From an uncultured Clostridia bacterium (GTDB lineage Bacteria > Bacillota > Clostridia > Christensenellales > UBA3700): DNA of 64,000 bases. This document shows positions 56,799 to 64,000 of this stretch, one piece after another. A program made the position numbers and the translations under genes. Location: NCBI GenBank assembly GCA_947038565.1, contig CAMQWP010000006.1, forward strand, positions 27,504-91,503, given 5' to 3'. Position 1 is the first letter of the stretch, and the number at the start of each line of letters is the position of its first letter. Under the pieces are notes generated by a model. That model worked only from the letters and a program-made list of their open reading frames with translations, made no database searches and was not told the DNA's origin.

Positions 56799-57635
56799 AT
56801 GTATAATATCGATGATTTGGATAGAGATTTGGCAGCTTTAGAGGCTGATGGTGCTAGAGTTTTCACTATAGGCTACTCTGTATTAGGTAGACCTATTAAG
56901 TGCGTTTTTAAGGGCGATCCTTCGGGCGGTCAAGTATTTATGCAAGCAGCAATGCATGCTAGAGAGTATATAACCACTCCTGTTGTGATCGAGATGATGA
57001 GGAACTATAATGGTACTGGAGGTGTTTGGTGTGTGCCTATGTCAAACCCTGATGGTGTCATGCTGTGCGTAGATGGACTTGCGAGTGTGCCTGATGAGAA
57101 TTTGAAGGAATTTCTGCTTAGTGTTAACGGTGGTAGCACCGATTTTACACAGTGGAAAGCAAATATCAGAGCGGTCGATTTGAATGTTAATTGGAATGCA
57201 AATTGGGGTGAAGGTAGTCAAAATGTACCCTCTCCAGCACCAGGCAACTATATCGGACTGTTTCCGCTCTCAGAGCCAGAAAACATTGCACTTCGTGACT
57301 TCACTAATAAATTGCAACCAAACGTTACCCTTAGTTACCATGCAAAAGGAAACGTGATATTTTGGGGTTTCGGTTGCGTTAAACCATATTATGACGAGGC
57401 ACTTCGTGTGTCTGATAGTACTGGTTATCCACTCTTAGAGAGTACTAACAGTGCGGGTGGTTATAAGGATTGGTATACTGCGGTGACATCAAAGTTAGGT
57501 CTTACTATCGAAGTCGCGTCCGCTGATGAAACATTCCCTATACCTCTTGATAGAGTTAGCGGTATTTATGAAGAAAATAAAGATGTGCTTGTGATATCAA
57601 GTGTCATTGCTAAGGAGATAGAAGCAGAAAGATGA
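56799..57635 (+). CDS. M14 family zinc carboxypeptidase (gamma-D-glutamyl-meso-diaminopimelate peptidase-like)
   Basis: Zinc motif MHAREYIT, a second His in LSYHAKGN, and catalytic Glu in LTIEV. No signal peptide. An alternative start is GTG 56793. Confidence 0.8.
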   Translation: MYNIDDLDRDLAALEADGARVFTIGYSVLGRPIKCVFKGDPSGGQVFMQAAMHAREYITTPVVIEMMRNYNGTGGVWCVPMSNPDGVMLCVDGLASVPDENLKEFLLSVNGGSTDFTQWKANIRAVDLNVNWNANWGEGSQNVPSPAPGNYIGLFPLSEPENIALRDFTNKLQPNVTLSYHAKGNVIFWGFGCVKPYYDEALRVSDSTGYPLLESTNSAGGYKDWYTAVTSKLGLTIEVASADETFPIPLDRVSGIYEENKDVLVISSVIAKEIEAER

Positions 57636-58117
57636 TAGAAGAATTTATGCGTATTGCTATAGCAGAAGCTAAGAATGCTGAAGTATATGACGAAGTGCCA
57701 GTAGGTGCTGTGATAGTAAAAGATGGCATAGTAATAGCGTCTGCGGGCAATATGAAAGAGCGAGAAAACTGTGCGATTTACCATGCTGAAATAGTTGCAA
57801 TTACAAAGGCTTGCAAGGTGCTAGATAATTGGTATCTTGACGGGTGTGACATGTATGTCACTCTAGAGCCTTGTGCTATGTGTTCTGGTGCAATTATAAA
57901 TAGTAGGCTTGATAGTGTGTATTACGGAGCTAGTGACATGAAAACTGGCTGTGCTGGATCGGTATGCAATCTACTAGAGAATACTTCTTTTAATCATCAA
58001 CCAAAAGTGATAGGCGGCGTGCTTGCTGATGAATGTGGTGGCTTGCTATCAACGTATTTTAAAGGCAAGCGAGCTATTAAAAAAGCAAATAAACTTCAAA
58101 AGAAAATGGATATATAA
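57632..58117 (+). CDS. tadA: tRNA adenosine(34) deaminase
   Basis: HAEIVAI and PCAMCSGAI deaminase motifs. Its start overlaps the upstream stop as ATGA. Confidence 0.93.
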   Translation: MIEEFMRIAIAEAKNAEVYDEVPVGAVIVKDGIVIASAGNMKERENCAIYHAEIVAITKACKVLDNWYLDGCDMYVTLEPCAMCSGAIINSRLDSVYYGASDMKTGCAGSVCNLLENTSFNHQPKVIGGVLADECGGLLSTYFKGKRAIKKANKLQKKMDI

Positions 58118-58192
58118 TAGAAATTATGACGATAATAGTCGTCTCAATATACAATATTTATAACGTCGAAATACTAATGCAAGGAGAAAAAT

Positions 58193-58756
58193 ATGCTAAT
58201 AGTTGGACTAGGAAATCCAGATAAGAGATATGAAAATACATATCATAATGTCGGCTTTATGGTGATTGATGCACTTTTAAATGTACTTGGTCAAAAGATG
58301 AAAAATGACGAATGCAAATCAAAAGACGTAGTTATCTACAAAGGTGATGAAAAGATAGTTATCGCAAAGCCAATGACATATATGAATTTGTCAGGAGAAG
58401 CGGTAAGAGAGCTTGCGGGTAAGTATAAAGTAGATTGTACTGATATCATTATAATATATGATGATATTGATCTTGATTGCGGTGCATTAAGGATCAGGAA
58501 AGAAGGCTCTGCGGGGACTCATAACGGCATGAGAAGTATTATATCGCTTATGGGCGGTGGTAATATACCGAGAGTTCGTGTAGGCATAGGCAGACCGACT
58601 CCTCCAATGCAGCTTGCTGATTATGTACTATCAAAGGTGAGTGGTGATAATAAAGTACTGCTTGACGAAAGGGTGGTATCTATTGCAAGCCACCTTGCGA
58701 GCTATATTAATCATCGCGACATAGACAAGTTTATGCGAGAGGCTATGCAAAAGTAA
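58193..58756 (+). CDS. pth: Peptidyl-tRNA hydrolase
   Basis: LIVGLGNPDKRYENTYHNVGF, GSAGTHNGMRSI and RVGIGRP. Confidence 0.96.
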   Translation: MLIVGLGNPDKRYENTYHNVGFMVIDALLNVLGQKMKNDECKSKDVVIYKGDEKIVIAKPMTYMNLSGEAVRELAGKYKVDCTDIIIIYDDIDLDCGALRIRKEGSAGTHNGMRSIISLMGGGNIPRVRVGIGRPTPPMQLADYVLSKVSGDNKVLLDERVVSIASHLASYINHRDIDKFMREAMQK

Positions 58757-58868
58757 TATTAAGCAAATTTATATTTATTATAATAAATCGACAATTAAGT
58801 AATTATATCGATTTTATAAAGATGTATAATTGTTGTGAAATGGGCTGTATGTACCATAAAGGTGATAG

Positions 58869-61800
58869 ATGAACGATAAATTAAAAGATGTACTAGACCT
58901 AAGAGAGTTAGGAGGAGAGTTGCTACGCATTAGACAAAGAGTGCGTGGGCGAGCTCACACTGCCATTTTTACAGGAAATAATGCTGAGAGGATACATATC
59001 AGCACAGGACTTGATTTGCCGTTGCTATACATTACTACTGATAGAAATAAAGCAAGAGAGCTTTATGAAAAGTTGCAAGAATTCAATCCTAAAGTGGGAC
59101 TTCTTGTAGAACGTGACGATATACTTATGTACCGAAAGATGTCTTCATCGGTCGATAATTCGCAAAGATTACGCACTCTGTACGGTATGATCAATGGTGA
59201 TGTTGAGATAATAGTCGCTACTAGCGAAGCTGTAATGCAGTACTTCCCTTCACCAGAAAATATACTATCTAGCGTGTTAAAATTGGATGTTGATAAAGAA
59301 TATAAACTAGAAAATATTACTAAGTCATTGTCAGACATGGGCTATAATAATGTGCCAATTGTCGAAGAAATAGGCGACTTCAGTCTCGGTGGAGATATTA
59401 TGAGCATATTCCCTTATGGCGAAATTGCTCCTATTAGGATATCATTTTTTGATGAGACTATAGAAAGTATTAAGACATATGATTTGTCTTCAAGTAAGTC
59501 TGTAGGCAAGATCAATGGCATTACTTTATTCTCTCCCACAGACCCTACTTTTAAGAGCGTGGACATGCCTTCGCTTATTGCAAAAGCAAAGAAGAGTATA
59601 AAAGGATATGTAAGTCATGCTAGTGATAGGGCAAGGTCAATAATCGGTGAATTACAATCGAAAATTGATATAGATAGTGCTCAAGGTTATAGCTGGTTGA
59701 CCCCTTTTTGTCATGATCAAATGTGTAAAATAGATGCGTTTTTGCCGTCTAATACAGTGATAGTATTTGACGATCCCAAGTCTATTTATGACCACGCAAG
59801 ACTATACTTTAACGACTTTAATAACAGATGTAATACGCTTATTTTAGAAGGAGAAGTAACTCCCAATCACCTAAGTGGCGTGCTTAATATCGAAGTTTTC
59901 TCTGAAATCGTTGAAAAATTCACAGGACTTTCTTATGCAAATATAGCGAGTTCTAATCAAATTTTCGATCCTTCAGAAGTTTTTAGGCTTAATAACCCGT
60001 CAGTTAGGAGTTATTTTGCAAATTTTAAGTCAATATTTACTGATTTGAAAAATTTTAACATGACTGGCTATAGGATAGTTGTTTGTGCAGGTGATGAGCA
60101 TACTGCTAGGAGCCTCGTTAGCTCACTTTATGAGAATAATATTTATGCAAATTTTTCTAAAGATGTAAGTCTGGATAATACTGGAGTACAAGTAACGTCG
60201 CAGATAATTTCACACGGATTTAATTATCCGAAGAGTAAGTTTATTCTTATAGGAACGGATGAGCTTGTAAAGAAACGCGAAGTGAGAAAAGCTACTAGAA
60301 GGAAGAATACTAATGTATTTACCATGCCCAAGATCGGCGATTACGTTGTGCATGATACTCAAGGTATTGGTGTGTGTGCAGGCGTGGAGCAAATGGAGAC
60401 ATTTGGTACTAAAAAAGATTTCGTTGTAATAAATTATGCGGAGTCTGATAAGTTATATATCCCTGTAGATCAGATGGATAAATTGCAGCGATATAGTGGC
60501 TCTGACGCTATTCCTAAGCTAAATAGATTAGGTGGTAAAGAGTTTCAAAAACTAAAAGATAGAGTAAAAGAGTCGGTCAAAGAAATGGCTTTCGATTTAC
60601 TCGAGTTATATAGAGCAAGACAAAACTCAAAAGGTTATAAATATAGCCGTGATACGGCGAGCCAAGAACTGTTTGAGAATGCATTTGAGTATACAGAAAC
60701 TGATGACCAGCTAAAAGCAACTGATGATATCAAGTCGGATATGGAGCGAGGTATCGTAATGGATAGATTGCTTTGCGGCGATGTAGGATACGGCAAGACG
60801 GAAGTCGCTTTTCGTGCTATGTATAAGACTTACATGGAAGGTAAGCAAAGCGCGATACTTGCTCCGACTACTATACTTGCAAGGCAGCACTACATGACTG
60901 CTAAAGAAAGATTTGCTGATGATAATATAAAATGTGTTTTGTTGTCTAGATTTCAGAGCAAGCAAGAGATAAAAGCGAATATTGAGCTGATAAAATCAGG
61001 TGAGGCGAAAGTCATAATAGCCACGCACAGATTATTATCACAAGACATTGTTTTTAAGGATATTGGACTGCTTGTATTAGATGAAGAGCAACGTTTTGGA
61101 GTAGAGCATAAAGAGAAATTGAAACTTTTGAATGACAATATCAATGTGCTTACTCTATCGGCAACGCCAATACCTCGTACATTGAACATGGCTCTTACGG
61201 GTATACGAGATATATCTGTATTAGAGACACCGCCAAAAGAGCGAATACCAGTCGAGACATATGTGACAGAGCTAACTGATGGCTTGCTAGTCGATGTGAT
61301 AAATAGAGAGATAGAAAGAGATGGACAAGTATATGTGCTGTATAATAGAGTAAATGATATAGAGAAAATGGCTAGTCGCATAAGTGAGCTAGTGCCTAAT
61401 GCGAAAGTAATTATAGGTCATGGTCAAATGGGCGATACTCAATTAGAAGACTCTATAAATAAGTTCTATAATAAAGAAGCAAATGTACTAGTATGTACTA
61501 CTATTATTGAGAATGGTATCAATCTGCCTGACGCTAATACGCTTATAGTTTGCGATGCGGATAGGTTGGGGCTAAGTGCATTGTATCAGTTGCGAGGTCG
61601 AGTAGGGCGTTCTGATAAGCACGCTTATGCTTACTTTACAACAAGACTCGGTAAAGTGATAACTAGTGACGCACTTAAGCGTCTTACTGCGATACTTGAT
61701 TACACTGATTTTGGTAGCGGATTCAAGATCGCGATGCGTGACCTAGAAATACGTGGTGCTGGTAATGTGCTTGGAAAAGAGCAACACGGTCACATTGCAA

Positions 61801-62318
61801 AGGTCGGATATGACATGTATTGCAAGCTACTTAAAGAAGCGGTAGACGAGATAAGCGGAAATGAAGTGGTAAAGGGTAGTAATGTCGACATGTCTATTGA
61901 TGTAGAAGCATACCTTGACAGTGAGTATATATCTAGCAATGATGAGAAGATAAAAGTGTACAAGAATATCGCCGAGCTTGCAAGCATGTCAGAGCTTAAG
62001 GAGATGGAAATGGATCTTAAGGATAGATATGGTACGCCTAATAATAGCCTTTTGAACCTTATGCAAATAGCTGTCATTAAGAATATGTCAAGTAGAGTAG
62101 GCGCGAAGAAAGTAACTATCAATTCGAAAGGTATGGGCATTGAGTTCGGAACGGAGATATTTAAAAATGAAAGCGTTATAACAGCAGTAAGCGATATGAA
62201 AGATGACTGCGTGCTATCTATAAGCGAGGCTCCGATGGTAGTTTTCAATGCGAATCTACTAGACATCAATGCGAAACTAGCTTTAATTATGGCGTTTTTG
62301 GATAAATGTCATGTATAA
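58869..62318 (+). CDS. mfd: Transcription-repair coupling factor
   Basis: 1149 aa with a UvrB-homology N-terminal region, a CarD-like RNAP-interacting domain (GDYVVHDTQGIG), superfamily 2 helicase motifs (GDVGYGKTEVA, DEEQRFG, QLRGRVGRS) and a TRCF C-terminal domain. Confidence 0.97.
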   Translation: MNDKLKDVLDLRELGGELLRIRQRVRGRAHTAIFTGNNAERIHISTGLDLPLLYITTDRNKARELYEKLQEFNPKVGLLVERDDILMYRKMSSSVDNSQRLRTLYGMINGDVEIIVATSEAVMQYFPSPENILSSVLKLDVDKEYKLENITKSLSDMGYNNVPIVEEIGDFSLGGDIMSIFPYGEIAPIRISFFDETIESIKTYDLSSSKSVGKINGITLFSPTDPTFKSVDMPSLIAKAKKSIKGYVSHASDRARSIIGELQSKIDIDSAQGYSWLTPFCHDQMCKIDAFLPSNTVIVFDDPKSIYDHARLYFNDFNNRCNTLILEGEVTPNHLSGVLNIEVFSEIVEKFTGLSYANIASSNQIFDPSEVFRLNNPSVRSYFANFKSIFTDLKNFNMTGYRIVVCAGDEHTARSLVSSLYENNIYANFSKDVSLDNTGVQVTSQIISHGFNYPKSKFILIGTDELVKKREVRKATRRKNTNVFTMPKIGDYVVHDTQGIGVCAGVEQMETFGTKKDFVVINYAESDKLYIPVDQMDKLQRYSGSDAIPKLNRLGGKEFQKLKDRVKESVKEMAFDLLELYRARQNSKGYKYSRDTASQELFENAFEYTETDDQLKATDDIKSDMERGIVMDRLLCGDVGYGKTEVAFRAMYKTYMEGKQSAILAPTTILARQHYMTAKERFADDNIKCVLLSRFQSKQEIKANIELIKSGEAKVIIATHRLLSQDIVFKDIGLLVLDEEQRFGVEHKEKLKLLNDNINVLTLSATPIPRTLNMALTGIRDISVLETPPKERIPVETYVTELTDGLLVDVINREIERDGQVYVLYNRVNDIEKMASRISELVPNAKVIIGHGQMGDTQLEDSINKFYNKEANVLVCTTIIENGINLPDANTLIVCDADRLGLSALYQLRGRVGRSDKHAYAYFTTRLGKVITSDALKRLTAILDYTDFGSGFKIAMRDLEIRGAGNVLGKEQHGHIAKVGYDMYCKLLKEAVDEISGNEVVKGSNVDMSIDVEAYLDSEYISSNDEKIKVYKNIAELASMSELKEMEMDLKDRYGTPNNSLLNLMQIAVIKNMSSRVGAKKVTINSKGMGIEFGTEIFKNESVITAVSDMKDDCVLSISEAPMVVFNANLLDINAKLALIMAFLDKCHV

Positions 62319-62456
62319 TAATAAAAAAGAATAAAATTTTCGTAAAAAGCATTGCTATTTTATAAATAATTATGTATAATAAATAAGTAATTGCACTACT
62401 AGGGTAAATTATGCCTTATCGTAGTAAAATATTGGGTGGTAAAAAGGAGAGAATTA

Positions 62457-64000
62457 ATGAAGAAAAAGATTTTTGCATTTGTTTCAATGATTATAGTTTT
62501 GTCATTTGTATTGGCGGGTTGTAATATGTTCGTAACTAATGCTCAGAGAGATGCTCATCAAGTTGTTGCATCTGTTGAATATAAAGATACAGAAAAGAAT
62601 GTCTACATCTCGGCTGATATAACAAAACAAGAGTATGCGGATTTCTTTAACCAAAATTATTCTACATATAGTTATTACTACGGCTTTACTGCTGAAGAAT
62701 GTGCTGATATGTTCATCAATATTTTGGCTAAACAAAAAATGCTAGTTATGTTAGCTAGCGTTGCATATACTCCTTCAAATGGTACTATTCCTAACTTAAC
62801 TTTTAATGAAGAGACTGGAATGTATGATTACGAGGCTTATGCTAATGCATTGATTTCTATATTATCTCCTGACGAGCAAAAGTATGTAAGAGAGCAGACT
62901 AATAAGGCTTTCCAAGATTCTTTTGATAAGATTTTTAAAGAGTTAGAAGAGCAAGATAAGATCGAAGAAGACGTTGAAGAGGATAAAGAGGACGCTGACA
63001 AAGTATTAAAACCTCGTCCTATGAAGCCAGTCGTTGAAGATACAGAGTTCAAGAAAGATTCTAGTGTTACTATCGAAGACGCTAATTCAGTTGTGAATTT
63101 CTTTACTGATAAGAAACCTACTGACAAGTCTTCTGATAACTACAAAGAAGCATTTAGTAATGTTGAGAAGAGCCTTGAGGCACAGTATAGATCTTATTAC
63201 TACTATATTGCAAAACAAGCAGAGTCAAGACTTACTACTAGATATACAGAAAGTAATAATGGTTTTGATGTGTCTATTATAGATGCAAACTCAAAGTACA
63301 CTGTCGCTATCGAGTCTCAAACGGAGTTATACAAAGACTCAGAAAAGTATAAGACTGATATCGAGACTGATGAAGGTGCAATACTTGTTCATAACGGTGA
63401 GTTCGTGAAAGTTAAGAGTGTTCTTTTAAAATTCAGTGCTGATCAAGAAGCGTTACTTGCTACTTTAAAAGAAAAATTCCCGGAAGAAAAATATCAAGAC
63501 TATATCATCTCTCTTCGTGAGATAATGATATTTGGTGATAGCAAAGAGTTTGAAGACAAGTTAGATCAAATGCCTATCCCAGTTAAAGAGGAGTTACTAG
63601 GTCTTACTGTTAATGTTTCAAAACTTGACTACGAGCCAGGCACTGCTGATAAAGATACTTTCGATAAGACTGCTGTTCCTTTCTTAGAGGTTATTGCAGA
63701 CATGGGTCGTGCTATTGCTAAGGCTGAGGCTGACGCGATGATTTCATACGACGAAAAATATGCTAATCTTGATGGTTACGATATAAATTCTAAGTCATAC
63801 ATTACTGGAAAGCAGATGTATGTAACAGAGAAGAAAATAGAAGAGTTTGAGAACTGGATCTACATGGTCAATGATGATGATGGTATGTTCCAGGGTAAAG
63901 ATTACGTTGAGACTCCACTTGGACAAGATAGTAGTTATGTTCCTGAGTATACCGCACTAGTTAGACAGTTACTTATGGATAATAAGACTGCTGGTTCAAT
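62457..64000 (+). CDS. Lipoprotein, possibly a PrsA/SurA-like foldase; 3' end lies outside the window
   Basis: Not in the ORF track because there is no stop within the window. I translated it by hand: MKKKIFAFVSMIIVLSFVLAGC (lipobox LAGC) after AAGGAG, and the frame stays open to position 64000. The position after mfd is where Firmicutes usually carry a PrsA-like gene. Only a degenerate parvulin-like stretch is visible (VKSVLLKFSADQ...DDDGMFQGKDYVETPLG). Confidence 0.6.
   Translation, partial: MKKKIFAFVSMIIVLSFVLAGCNMFVTNAQRDAHQVVASVEYKDTEKNVYISADITKQEYADFFNQNYSTYSYYYGFTAEECADMFINILAKQKMLVMLASVAYTPSNGTIPNLTFNEETGMYDYEAYANALISILSPDEQKYVREQTNKAFQDSFDKIFKELEEQDKIEEDVEEDKEDADKVLKPRPMKPVVEDTEFKKDSSVTIEDANSVVNFFTDKKPTDKSSDNYKEAFSNVEKSLEAQYRSYYYYIAKQAESRLTTRYTESNNGFDVSIIDANSKYTVAIESQTELYKDSEKYKTDIETDEGAILVHNGEFVKVKSVLLKFSADQEALLATLKEKFPEEKYQDYIISLREIMIFGDSKEFEDKLDQMPIPVKEELLGLTVNVSKLDYEPGTADKDTFDKTAVPFLEVIADMGRAIAKAEADAMISYDEKYANLDGYDINSKSYITGKQMYVTEKKIEEFENWIYMVNDDDGMFQGKDYVETPLGQDSSYVPEYTALVRQLLMDNKTAGS

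Noticed and set aside
60953-62269. Minus-strand ORFs of 142 and 159 aa inside mfd
   Set aside because: They are antisense to the highly conserved mfd helicase and TRCF domains, with no start signals. They are shadow ORFs.

Overview
An AT-rich, tightly packed chromosomal segment from an endospore-forming, low-GC Firmicute, most likely class Clostridia. It uses the standard genetic code, has strong Shine-Dalgarno sites, and many gene junctions overlap by 1, 4 or 8 nt. Nearly all of it is recognisable core gene content.

In order, the window contains:
- radical-SAM/DUF2344/RNase G, then rplU-prp-rpmA
- a LysR regulator, type III glutamine synthetase and a short AlaRS, packed closely enough to be one operon
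- two glycosidases (GH36-like alpha-galactosidase and GH3 beta-glucosidase)
- guaB, uvrB and uvrA
- a spore-related block (DUF4363, DUF421/YetF-like, SpoVB-like flippase, LysM protein) followed by a complete spoIIIAA-AH operon
- the conserved clostridial string asp23-nusB-folD-xseA-xseB-ispA-dxs-nadK-argR-recN
- spoIIID and a TtcA-like PP-loop ATPase
- a 1196-aa secreted adhesin-like protein and an NSS-family transporter
- MBL hydrolase, CPBP protease, rlmH, an M14 peptidase, tadA, pth and mfd
- the start of a PrsA-like lipoprotein gene that runs off the 3' end

I found no rRNA, tRNA, CRISPR array, transposase, integrase, phage genes or recognisable defence or toxin-antitoxin genes. I cannot point to a clear-cut new system.

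The best candidates for undescribed biology are:
- the non-syntenic block after rpmA: an orphan 304-aa protein, a divergently transcribed 43-aa microprotein with consensus promoter signals, and two tandem FtsX-type permeases with no ATPase gene
- a tandem pair of membrane-tethered winged-helix-like proteins upstream of uvrB, with a repeated 9-mer in their leader
- a GH3 enzyme with a long Lys/Glu coiled-coil tail
- a 594-aa AlaRS lacking the C-Ala domain, packed behind glnN with no leader
- the anchor-less GLUG/MBG/Listeria-Bacteroides-repeat surface protein, flanked by the two longest non-coding tracts in the window

All functional calls rest on my recognition of motifs in the supplied translations. 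No database search was run.
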